Assembly (NCBI GenBank): GCA_039621445.1
Contig: CP154954.1
Location: 37,185,703-37,249,702, forward strand
Length of the DNA: 64,000 nucleotides
DNA from: Euglena gracilis
Lineage: Eukaryota
Reading direction: 5' to 3'
Shown: positions 23,501 through 59,055 of the stretch, piece after piece
Position numbering within the stretch: position 1 is the stretch's first letter
Layout: each line of letters opens with the position of its first letter
Made by a program: the position numbers and the translations under genes
The notes under the pieces: model-generated
What the model was told of the DNA's origin: nothing
The model's input: only the letters and a program-made list of their open reading frames with translations
Database searches by the model: none

Positions 23501-25595
23501 GGACCCATACAAACCATACGTACTGGAAGTCGACAGCAGCGATTACGCTGTTGGCGGAGTTCTTAGCCAGCATAACGCGGCGAATGAGCTCCGACCTGTG
23601 GCTTTCTTCAGCAGAAAGTTACAGGGCGACGACGGAAAAGGTCAAGTCAAGTGGAGTATACGCGAGAAGGAAACCTACGCAATCGTGCTTATACTCCAGA
23701 AATTCCGAAGCTGGGTAGCCAGCAGCCTCGTCCAGATCCTCGTCAAGACCGATCATGAGAGTCTCCAACACTGGTACACCGAGGATTTGAACAAGGCCAT
23801 GTCATCGGTCGGAAGGCGATGCAGATGGCATGAGTTCTTGAGTCAATTCAACCTTGTGGTTATTTATACCCCTGGTCACACACAAAAAGTAGCGGATCCG
23901 CTCAGTCGGGCCCCTTGGTATTACCCTGGGAACCCGGATGAGGGAGACGCGACTTTTCATGGAAGTCAGGAAGCTGACGAATACGCACGTCGAAACGACG
24001 CTGCGGATAATCTTTTGGATTCTTTTCCCGTTTCACAACTATTCCTGGTCGCACCAGTGCGCGGAAGGCGCCGACGTGGAAGCACGTCCGGACCCCGGCG
24101 TATTACGCGCACGGAGTCCCCTTCCCCACTGTTCTTTCGCGAATGGGATTATAGTCGTGATCCGGTGTATGACACCATTGTCACCAGACTTCGTAATGGC
24201 GAAGTGCTGGACAATTACACTCTTTCACCTTTACGGTTGGTTTTTCGCAATGAATCGGGTTACAAATATTGTATCCCCCAGGACCTGGTTGATGATGTGA
24301 TTTTATGCTATCACAACCACGGTCACCCTGGGGCCCCCAAACTTCTTTCGTTGGTGGGCCGCAGGTATTGCACAACCCTGAGCGAGAAAGAACTTTACTC
24401 ACGCTGTTTGCGAATAGCGCAACGGTGTCAAATTTGTCAAGCGGTAAAACCCCGCAGAGGTACCCCCCTGGTACGATGGACTTTTTCCCCGTACCCCATG
24501 ACATTTTTACCTCCCTCTGCGTGGATTTTCCGGAATTAGAACCGTGCAAAGGACGGACGACAAAATTTACGATTACGTTTTTGTTGTTGTCTGCAGGCTG
24601 AGTGGGTACATTGTAGCCATTCCATGCCAGAAGTCAGGGTTGACTGCCCAAAGTTTGGCAACTATATTTTTGGAGAAATGCATTTGCTTAATGGGTTTAC
24701 CGAATGAAATCGTGAGTGATCAAGACCATTTGATTTCTTCAAGGTTTTTCACCACTTTGTGCGGTTTACTCGGAATTGAGCAACATTTTTCCATTATATA
24801 CCGACCCAAAGGCAATGGTAGAGCCGAGGCAGCCGTGAAATCCGTCGTGAATATGCTTCGCCTTTCACTGGCTGACTCGCGCAGCAACTGGATATCAGTT
24901 CTACCATGGTCTTTGTTTTATATCAATACCCTACCAGGGTTGGTTTTACCTCACTCCCCCTATAAATTAGTTTTCGGACGGGACCCTCCGGCCATAGGGG
25001 ATGTCCCTTCGGAGAGACCCGCGCGAACGAGTGTCAGTTGCGAGACCTGGTTTGCGGAAGTAGAAAATCTACGTTCTGCAGTCCAGAAGCGCGTGACTGA
25101 TATTCATGCAACCAAACGGAAATCGTTTTTGCAGAATTTCAAGTCACCTGTGTATAGTCCCGGTGACCGCGTGTGGGTGCGGAATAGCCGTACTCGCATG
25201 CAGTCTTCCAAGCTGGACCCCTTTGGCTCGGCCCCTGTGAAATCCTAGAAAGACTAGGTACCAGCGGGCGTTACAAGGTTGCATTACCGAATGGTGTTGA
25301 GGACGTTCATATGGACGACTTCAAACCATACCTGTCGCCACCGGATGGGAAACCCATCCCGTGTTTGCACTTCAAACCCCGTTCCAGATTACCTGAGACG
25401 GATGATTTTGTAGTCGATAAAATTATCGATCACAAAATCGACAAAGGTATGCACCTTTGGAAGGTCCGCTGGAAAGGGTATGGGCCCGAGGAGGACACTT
25501 GGGAGCCAGCAACCAGTTTTGTTGGGTATGTCCAGCAAGATTGGAAGCTGTGGAACAAGAAGCATAACATTGATGTTTCCATGACAAGTTTTTGA
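20479..25595 (+). pseudogene. pol: pol of copy 2: aspartic protease, MTase-like domain, RT, RNase H, integrase, chromodomain
   Basis: ILIDTGC (protease), YIDD, RNase H acidic motifs, HHCC, IVSDQD...RAE, and chromodomain FVVDKIIDHK...WKVRWKGYGPEEDTWEP. Stops at 21679 and 22281, plus frameshifts. Confidence 0.95.
21916..22340 (+). other. Dam/DIRS-MT-like domain in copy 2 pol (broken by a short tandem duplication near 22095-22130 and a stop at 22281)
   Basis: EIDAFSSNAHARLPRH...NAFDKFWGDTVLWMHPPPKLI / KILRDEARGVILIPIIPEAEWF...FRVCFFDA. Confidence 0.72.
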
Positions 25596-25756
25596 GAACG
25601 CATGGGAAACCCATGTTGTTTTCTCTTCTTTTTATCATTGATTCTTATCATTCTTTCTTTCCGCAGACTTTTTAGCAAATAATACTCAAGCGGTTACCCT
25701 TACCAACAAACAACCAACCATCTACACAACTAACCAAGCTGACCCCGGGCGGTAAT

Positions 25757-28700
25757 ATGCTGCCCGGCGGAAGGGAACCAGGCAGAGGACCGCCTTACCA
25801 CCCAACTCACCCACAGCCGGCCCAATATGCGTACCGATACGGTACACAGCCACCTGCACGGACTGCGGCTCAGGGAAACCCTGAAGCCAGCAGCAGTAGC
25901 AGGATGACCCAGATGCCCGCGGAAGCGCGGCCATCTCAGCCATCAGGCTCTCGTCGCCTCCCACCGTACGCGGGTGTGATGATCCACCGCACGGCGGAGA
26001 CGATTAACCGGGTTATGCGTATGAGCGCAAACCCGGCACCGGACCACCTACACTGTGGGATGACCACTGCCGTAAAATTTTGACCATCGCGAATACCCCT
26101 CCGGCCCTGTGGTGTATGTGCGCCCAGGCGACGATGACCGGTCTGGTGTATTACACCGACCCGGACGCGTCGGGATTCGCGGCGGACATTACCATGCGTG
26201 ACCTGGGCGTGGAAGTCCCGCCACAGGTAGCACGGCAGGTACCACCAGTCGCAACTTACACTTGACATTTTCGTGCTCACTCCCCCGGATTACCCGAGGA
26301 AGAGACAGTGGAAGCACCTGTCCGGAGTGAACACCCACGTGTGAAAGAAAGTATTTTTCGATCCCCTGAGCGCATGCCCCGGCGGGATTATCCTGCGCAG
26401 GAGCCTGTGTCTCAGTACACCGTCTCCGGGGATTACCCCCAGGAGGCGCCAATGCCACGGGATCAGTACGTGTATCCACCTCAACCCCACCCAACCATAC
26501 CTGACCCTATCCCACGACGTCCTGCGGAGGGAAACCCTCCCCCGACGTCTGACTCTGCCCGAAGCGCTCGTCCGCGGGAAGCCGCGGCAGCGCCTCGTGC
26601 GGCACCAGTTCCCCCGGTACGGGATGAACCCGTTAACCCGTGGACTGGCCGGCCGTTCGAGACTGAGGAGGAGCGTCAACAGTATGAATATGCTGTGACA
26701 ATCCAACGACAAATAGCACGTCGTCCCCCTGTTTCCGCTGGCCAGGGATACCCTGCCCGGGGGGAAATGACACGGGAAGAGCGCCAGCAGTATGATGCTG
26801 CTGTGTCGGCTCTCACAGGAGTCCCAGCTCCATCACGATCAAGTCAACCAGCGCGACAGCAGGACATTGCTGTGGCGGAAGCGCCATCAGCACGACCCAC
26901 CAGCTCTGCCGCCGGCAAGCGTGACCGCGGCCCGGAAAATCTGACGCCGCAGCCACAGCGCTGTTCGCCGAGGTCGGAAAATCCGCCCGCGGCGATGCAC
27001 GTCGACGCTGAGGAGGAAGCTCAGCCAGCGCCAGACGTGACGGCAGAACGGGCACGTCGGGAAACCCGACCATCCCCCGTCGCACCGGTTTACTCGAATC
27101 GTGGTGACGCTGAGCAGGAATTTGCTCGAACGCCAAGCACGGAATCCGTGACTTACCCTGTGTTTACACCGGAAGACCCAGAATACTGGGATTACTGGGC
27201 GACATTCGAATGGCTGTCTACACAAAGGGTAAGGGGAAAGGTAAAGGCAAGGGTAAGGGGAAAGGAAAAGGCCAGGAGAAAGGTGGGAAAGCCCCACCTG
27301 GCAAAGGCGGAAAAGCCGCTTGGCCAACTCCAGGCAAAGGCGGAAAATCTGCCGGACCCCCAGCAGGCAAGGGCGGAAAAGCCGCCGAACCTTCGAAAAC
27401 GAAGGACGATGACGTTACTGTAGTATTCACCTACCTGCAGGAGATCTGGCCGAAAATCGACGAAGATCTCCGGCAGTTTACACACGCAAGCAACGTGATC
27501 CACCGACCACCGGATGCGGTGCTCGAAGTGGTGCAGAATCGTATGTACGATCACTGCAAACGTTTTTTCTACAGTTCCGAACTTTATGCGTTTGAGGGAT
27601 ACCCTCATTCGGATGAAGTTGTCCTGGACCGGATGTCCGGTTTCTGGGAGCTGTGGTTCTGGTTGGGATACCCCTGCCAGAACTTCGGCATCTTTACCGA
27701 CCGAAACGGTCATACGTATGCCGACTGTTTGGGAACATGTCCTGACGACGAAACGTTCGTAGCACAGTTGAAGGAAATCTTCAACCACATGTATTCCGTC
27801 GGAGCACTGGGAATCCAGTGGAAATATTACCCCCTGCCGGAGAAACTCCAGGCACAGGCTGCGGTAATGTTCACGCGCAACCTCCAAGTATACTTGGACA
27901 GCATGTATGGCACGCTGTTCAAGGTGCTGGACGTCGACCTCGCGTACCCCCAGCGGTACAAACTGGAATGCCAGTTTTGCAAGGAAGTTCACATTGCTGA
28001 CTTCTGGGGTTTCGGGGAACGCGGAAAACTCCGACTGCCGAGAATGCCGGCAGCCAGCCGACCAGGAGATTCCTCCTGCATCAATGCCGGAATCCCAATA
28101 TCGGAAAAAAAAGGGCTGAAACAGCCGCGGAAGACAAAATTTCAGCTGCAACAGTACTGGCACCGGGCGTGGATTACCTACGTCCTGGAAGTCTACATTT
28201 ATTTCCTGGAACAGATGACCACTGATGTGGATATCCACAGGGGATACACCGAGGTGGACGCCAGGCCTCATGACCCAGAACGACGCAGGATGAACCTGCG
28301 GCCGGAATGGGAGCAGGCAGAAATCGGCCTGCGGGATCACCTGGACACCCAGTTCGGGGATATCCTCGACTGGAAGGAGTTCGAACCTTTCTTCGCAGCA
28401 CGCGAGGTAAGCCACACTCGGTATGCGGTCCCATTGCCCGCTTTCCTGGAAGACACAGGAGAGCAGGGTATGGGATGGAACCTTCGATCGCAGTGGGAAG
28501 ACCTCTGCTTGATCAACGAGGAAGAGCCGCAACCTCCACCCGGAAGCTGGGTGAGAGCGTCGTGGCCGCCCCCATACCCCAACTCTGACAGGAGTGAAAG
28601 TACAAGCTTTTACCGCCTGTCCGACGCACAAGGGTGCTACAGAAGCGGAAAAGACCCGCGTACTGCAGCACAACTCCACACAGAGGACTACCCTCCGGAA

Positions 28701-31187
28701 GCGGAGGAGGAGGAAGAAACGGTCCCCATGGCCGAGGATGAACCTCAGCCAGCGGAACCTCCGGCACGGGAAACCCGTAGCCCATCGGTCGTGATGCTGG
28801 ACACTGTGGCAGAAACTGCCCAGCGCCCAGGATCGTCGACAGGTGAAATGACACCTGTCCCACAGTCACCCACCTCACTGAGTACGACAGGTGTACCGAC
28901 CCCTCCACGGGAAAACCCGCCGGAGACGGTACCCCACACGCCTGAGGTATTACGCCTCAAGCTCCCTGTTTCCGGGGAAACCCCGTCGGCAGAGGAGCCA
29001 GCGGAGGAGCCCACTTCAGGTGAAGAACCTGAACGGCGCACCTCGCTGGGCGGACGCGTACTCGGTGGTTTGCGGTCCCTGATCGCAGTTGTCACTCCAC
29101 GTGGCACTGCGGCCAGTTCTTCCACGGCTGCGGCGGAAGCTGCCCAACCGGCGGAAGACACACATGACATAACAGCCATGGTGGAGGATGAACCTTCCCC
29201 AGCGGCGGCGCCACCACCGGTGTCGGAAGCGACACGGACGGAAGGCGAACAGACAGCAATCGCAGTGGAGACAACAACAACCGTGCCAGTACGGGATGAA
29301 CCTGTATCAGTACCGGTAGCGCCAGCCGAGGCACGGGATGAACCCACACCTCAGCGCATTTCCACCGCCACTGCACCAAAGCATTCAGGCACACGGACAC
29401 CGGCGCCTGAAAAACAGGCTGAGCGGACGTCCATGCCCCCACCACAGGCTCAACCAGCGCGAAGTGCGCCAGCCAAGCCTACACCCACACCATCCCCAAC
29501 GGCTGCCCCTGGGAAACCCACGGAAGCCGCAAGGGAACGCGTAGGACGACCCTCAGCTCGGGAAACCCCTGCTGAAGGTCAACGACGCTCGGTGTCGGGG
29601 GGAAGACCCCCGTCCCAAGCGTCACCACGCACCTGGGCAAGCAAGCGCGACGCCGACCGGCGGCCCTCGGATGCTCCGGAAACCGAAAGTCCAAAGGCCC
29701 CGGCAAAATCAAAGCCGGGCGCCGCACCTTGTATGCACGTACCGAAATGTGGTGATCAGCCCCCACCGAAAGGCGGTGGTGGTGCTGGCGGCCAGAGTGC
29801 TGCATCCTCCTCTCGGGGATTAACCTCGGGACAAGGATTCACGCACGTCACATCATCCGGCGATGGGAAAACCTCACAGCCGAAACCTGCGTTAAAGGGG
29901 CATGGAAAATCCCGCGCCTCAACAGCCGAGACACCTTCGGAAGACGAAGTTATCATCGACTGGAACGCGGTCAATCAGGATGATCCTGAGATTCATGACC
30001 TGAAAAACAGGTACATGATGATCGACCACAAACTGAGGACACAGCAATGCCTCAACCGGTGGATTGAGCCACTGTTCTGTCAGGGCCGAAAATGGTCCTT
30101 TGATCAGAACGTGACCTGGAATTATTACAATTCCAGATCCCCCCGTGTTTTGGCCCAATACTTCGGTGAGGAATTCCTCATCGACAAAACAACGGAAAAC
30201 CGTTTTGTGTGGCTTTGCACTGTATGCCACAAGATGTATAACAGTGCACCTGACCTGGGATTACCCCTCGTCCATGTGTGCAATCCTGTGAATCGGAAAT
30301 CGTTCCACAAGGATGTATACATCCCCAACTGTGCCGCCTTGGTATGCGCCAAGTGCGTGGACAGTTGGACCCACAAGCACAATTTTAGCTACACCGAGCG
30401 AGACGGTACGAATGTACCGATACTCTGCGTCAACTGCCTTCGAGGTACCTTCTGGCAAACTGCGGAAGGCGCAGTTCGCACAATCGTGCCAAGTGCCCAG
30501 AAGCCACTGGAGGAATACTCCACCTTGCACAAAAAGTACAAGGATTTTTTCAAGTACTCCAACCTCAAGCTTGACGACTACCGCCACACGGGAATGGCCC
30601 GTGGGTGGCAGATCGACAGTGGGGCGATACGCCTCGCTGCTGAGGCAGCAGGGGTAAGATTACCTTACCTCTGGGAGACAGCGGACAGGGAAAAGATATT
30701 TTTCCGCCTGTTCACAACCCAGGACCGAAACGGTCGCTGGTGCCTGCCACAATGGCCACCCGAAGACCACGGGATGACCTGGAAAGACTGGCTTGGGGCC
30801 GTATTACGACCCCATACAGTCCGCGCGGAATGTGCGTATCACATGCCGATTGACTTCCACCCGGGGAATGCCCCGCAGGTGTCAGCCAATCACCCACGGA
30901 TGAATCACTTCATCTGGCCAGCCACTCTGCCCAGGAAATTCTGGGAGAAGCTGCAATGGTTCCTCGCGGAAAGAGCGAGTGCAACCAAGCACACAGTCCC
31001 CGAAGGATAGGTTCGGTATTGGTTGGTACCTGATTTCGAATACGAATCGCCAGAAACCTGGCTTGTAGATAGGCCACCACCACCACAATTCCAGATGGTC
31101 CTTGTGGAAGATCCCTTGGACTCCCGCCATGATTATTGGCGGCTGGAACGGATGTAATGCCGAAACGGCATTACCGGGCTCATGTAA
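25757..31187 (+). pseudogene. Extra ORF3 (sense, after pol; ~1800 codons when joined), unknown function, with GK repeats, Pro/Ala-rich linkers and an 8-Cys finger at 30216-30437
   Basis: ORF pieces 25757-26083, 26080-26265, 26308-27423 and 27210-31010, continuing to TAA at 31185-31187. Copy 1 reads through the copy 2 stops (TGG for TAG, CAA for TAA). Confidence 0.85.
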
Positions 31188-32046
31188 GGTAAATGCCTTC
31201 ATGGAGCCTGAACATCCATATACTATATATATATATACACTGATAGCGGAAATCGCTAAACAGCCCTGGGATGACCCTGGGTCTGTGACACACAATCTGC
31301 GCTCTGGATGGAAGCATCCGTGAGCCCCCCCCCCCGCCGCCACCAATGGCCATGCGGACGGAAAACTGTCTGCAAGAGGTAATCGCCTCTTATTGCGTCG
31401 TGAAGGAGCTACTGCTGTGAAGACCTTGGCAGCCGGGAAACCTGGCAAGCCGCTAAGTGACACACAGCACACAGCGCGCACGCCGTAATAATAGGCCAAC
31501 TTGTCACTTTTCGGCCCTAAGGCCCCTTAAGGCTGCCAGACAGCAAAAATTCTGTTCTGGCCTAAGCCAGCCCCCCTCTCCTCCCTACTTTCCCCCCACC
31601 CCCGCAAAGCTGTCGCCGGCAGTCGGTTTTGTAAGTAGGCTTTTGTTTCCTAGTGCGGATATGACCGCCTAGGAGCCCTATCCGGGTATGACCAGGATAG
31701 GAGCCTGCCCCCCCCCCTTCCACACCTCTCCCCTCGGGTTTTCAGCGAATACGCTTGACCAACCCCGCGTGCCTTTGGCACACCCAAAGTGGGTGGATGG
31801 GACACTTTGACAGGAAACCTGCCAGCCCCGTTTCCCACAGTGGGCTTTTTCGCACCCCTAAGCCGAAACGGCTAATAGGTAACCGCGATAAGCGGTAACC
31901 TTTTGCGCGTTTTCGGGTTTTTGGGTTGCGCCCCTGTGGAGAAAAGAGATCCGTGTTCTGGAAAGCAGAACCCAATCAGGACTGTGTCTGAAATCTGGAC
32001 GGGACCTGGGATGACCTGGTCCAAGAAGGAAATCGGGCGTAGCCCT

Positions 32047-32056
32047 GGGAGGGGGA
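32047..32056 (+). promoter_or_regulatory. Polypurine tract of copy 2
   Basis: GGGAGGGGGA abutting the 3' LTR. Confidence 0.85.
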
Positions 32057-32484
32057 TGTGTACCAGGCACGTCCCAGCTCTGTAGGATATCTGCAGAGTG
32101 GGTTCTGTGACGGTCGCACCACGGTGGAAACCCACAGCTGGTAAGATCGTGGCAGACCCTTCTGGGATTTGCCCCTGGACACGTCAGCACTTTTCTCGCT
32201 TTCCCCCACAGGTGGTATTCTTTACTGTCATCAATTCCAAGTTTCACCATTGGTTTTGTCAGAGGGAAAAACCCTCGGAACAATCGAGATTGAACTCAGA
32301 AGAAACTTCTGAGACATTGCTTTGTGCTTTGCTTCTTGGGGAATTGGGAAGAAAAGGGGAAAACCACTTTTCGTTACTCCAAAGACTTTTCCCAACCATA
32401 AGTAGGCTGCGCACCAAGGCGAAAGCGAAAGGCTTTTACAGAAAGTTCCAAAAAGGGGAAAAGGGAAAACTTTGGACGTACACT
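32057..32484 (+). repeat. 3' LTR of copy 2
   Basis: 428 bp. About 28 mismatches to the 5' LTR by manual alignment. Confidence 0.95.
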
Positions 32485-32550
32485 GGATGCTGGCCTGCAG
32501 GGCTTTGTATGGGGTCACCCCTGGGTGTAATGTGTCTGGGGATTCCACAG

Positions 32551-32627
32551 GCCCCATCACTGGGGTCCTTTCCCCTGGCTGCCCCATCACTGCGGTCCTT
32601 TCCCCTGGCTGCCCCATCACTGGGGTC
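32551..32627 (+). repeat. 30-bp minisatellite, ~2.6 copies
   Basis: GCCCCATCACTGGGGTCCTTTCCCCTGGCT at 32551, 32581 and partially at 32611. Confidence 0.9.
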
Positions 32628-34494
32628 GCCTCTGGCCCTGCCATAGGGCTGCTCAAAGACAGGCTTTCCTCCTGATTTTGAAAGGTGGGGGAAGGTCTGT
32701 GTCTGTGGTTGGGAGGTACATATATAGCTGGGGGGTGAGGGCTGATTATCTTCTGGGGGGCCCTGTTGTAGCCAATCTTGGGCCTCCCCCCCAAGGGCTG
32801 ATATGGTGTCGATGATCTTGATTGTAGTGGCCTCCATTGGCCTTCAGGGCCATCTGGCGTTCTTGGTCTCCATTGACCTTCTCTCCAGCACTTTTCTTGT
32901 GCCTTCTTTTTCCCTTTTGGTACCCAGATGAGCCACCATGGCTGAATTTCCCTTTGGGATTTGATGCCACCTGCCTTGGCTGTGGCTTGCTTCCCCTGGG
33001 GGGAATGATTTTGAGGGTGCTGGGGGAATAGTTGGACATACCTCTCCCCACTGGGGTCCCCTGCTGGGATTCTGGGTTCTGTGTCCTTGAAAATGGGCAC
33101 CATGACCTTTTGAATGATGGCTGCCATAGCCTTGGGCCCAAGGCCCTGTAGATAGATGGCCGCCATGGCCGTTTTGAGGAGGGTCTCCACCTTCCTGACT
33201 TGAACCCTTTGCACTTGTCATATTTCCCCTGCCATAGGGGTGCGGATGAGAAAAGTGATGGGTAGTCTGCCAGTCCCGTTTTTCCTTCTCCTGACAATGT
33301 TTCCTGGATTGATGACTGTGATTGGTCCCCATGACCCAATGAGCCTTGCCCTGGGTGGCTTCTCCGTCCCTTTGCTCTGACCACAAGTGTCCAGGGTCCA
33401 TGGCCGTCACAAAGGCTTTTCTGAAAACAGGAAATTTCTGACGAACTGGGGGGCGGAAGGGTTGCGACGGCCACGGACGGACGGACTGCTCCATCAGGTA
33501 CCCCAGCGGCTGCAGCCCCTCGGTGTTTTCCAGCTTCAGCTGTCTGCCTTGGACTTCCTTATGCTCCCACGTCTTCTTGACAGCGTGAAATTTTTTCCAA
33601 CCCATCTTTCATTGAAGTCCGTTGAGCACGGGTTTGATTTTTGAATGTCTTTGTCTTCCGTATTGACCGCACTCGTAGAGTTGAAAGTCTTCCGCCTTTA
33701 GGTCGAATGGCAGAATTAGGAATCAGCCAACTCCGGCAACAAAAAGCAGTAAGAAGCACCCCCTGCGCACGCACAAACACACCAGAACAGAGCAGCCGGC
33801 AAGGAAAGCAGGACCTCACCATCTCGCCATCAATTCAAAGCACCTTACGACGTTGTCGCGCAGTGCCGGAATAGCTTGAAGGGGATTTTTGGAAGGGTTT
33901 GAAAGGAAAAAATGCGCCACCCAAACAGCACTGCCGGCGAACGTGGCATGGCCCCAAAAGGGCAGAGTGCGGAGCCTCCACCCTGGTCGGTTTTCCCCCC
34001 TCGAGGGTGCACCAAAAAGCGCCACAGGGGACTCCAAACACAACCAGGTGAACACAGCATGGCCTTACAAGAGCAACGTGCCCGTCTGATGGGAGCGCAG
34101 GTAATTTTTTTTGAAAAATACCGCTCTAAAGCAAAAAAAAATTGTGGCCAAAATTTGGGGGGTGGGCAGAGCCAAAAATACATGCTAGTTTCGGTGGGTA
34201 GAGAAAGCGCACAGCGCATGGAAGTCTTCAGTGAACAACACAACAATTATTGAGGCCGATTCATCTGCCTGCACAATTCCTGCACAATTCATGTGCGAGT
34301 CAAAAGAGGTCAGCAGGGAAGAGGGGATAACAGAAAAATACTCCACAATATGCGAGTTCAAGAGGGTGATGAAGTCAGGCATCTCTGAAATAGAGATAAG
34401 AGGGCTCGAGCCATCGCAGGGATTTGTAATATTTGCTGGTCAGCCGATGCGTATGTGGAGGACGAGCAGGGGCCGAACCGCTGCATTGGGCAGT

Positions 34495-58440
<23,946 letters not shown>

Positions 58441-58941
58441 GCCGTTGATTTCATCCAGAAAGGCTGCGGAAACCTGAAACGGGTGCCCTCAAACAGGGTT
58501 TCTCAGCAGCAACCAAGGGCTCAGCAGAAATGCACTTGGGGTGAACCAACAACAAAAAACCACACAAAAACAAGATGTCTCAGAAATTGTTGAAATTACA
58601 TGTTGAAATTACGATGTTGAAATTACACAAACAAGAACACCCCCCCAAAAAATATATTGCAATCACCACAAATGATGTGGGTTATGAAAAATTGTATTTG
58701 GAACAATACTTCCTTGTGGTTGGCACCCATGATGTGTGTGGTCTTCTGATGCAGTGGGGGGAAAAGTGGGACAGACATTTCACTTCCTTTCAAGCCAGGG
58801 AATGAGGAGAGCACCTCTTATATCACTGGTCCTCTTTGGGGTGCGATCATGTGCAGGCTTGGTAACCGCAGGAAACGGCCTCTCTGGCTCGTTGTCCATT
58901 TCCCTGCCAGCCTTCTGGTCGAATGTTTCCGAAGCACCGCC

Positions 58942-59055
58942 TCACCCCAGCCACTCAGTCCCCCAAGCCTGGCCCCACGCCATCCACTTCGACGGAGCAC
59001 CCCAGTCCTGGAGCTGCGCACGAGCATTGTCATACTCGGACTTGTTGTACCATCC
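58942..59055 (-). CDS. Last exon of the upstream gene (second half of SHOCT-like motif)
   Basis: CTGCAG acceptor. Encodes GWYNKSEYDNARAQLQDW...TGA. Confidence 0.6.
   Translation of the reverse strand, partial: GWYNKSEYDNARAQLQDWGAPSKWMAWGQAWGTEWLG

Larger units (their letters stand above)
15741..32484 (+). mobile_element. Ty3/Gypsy chromodomain LTR retrotransposon, copy 2 (16.7 kb, LTR-PBS-gag-pol-ORF3-PPT-LTR; degenerate)
   Basis: Direct 428-bp LTRs, PBS, PPT and the Gypsy domain order PR-RT-RNH-IN-chromo. Confidence 0.96.

Noticed and set aside
27192-28679. 495-aa antisense ORF
   Set aside because: A shadow of the GC-rich sense ORF3, with no recognisable motifs.
25757-31187. env gene
   Set aside because: No signal peptide, fusion peptide or transmembrane anchor seen.
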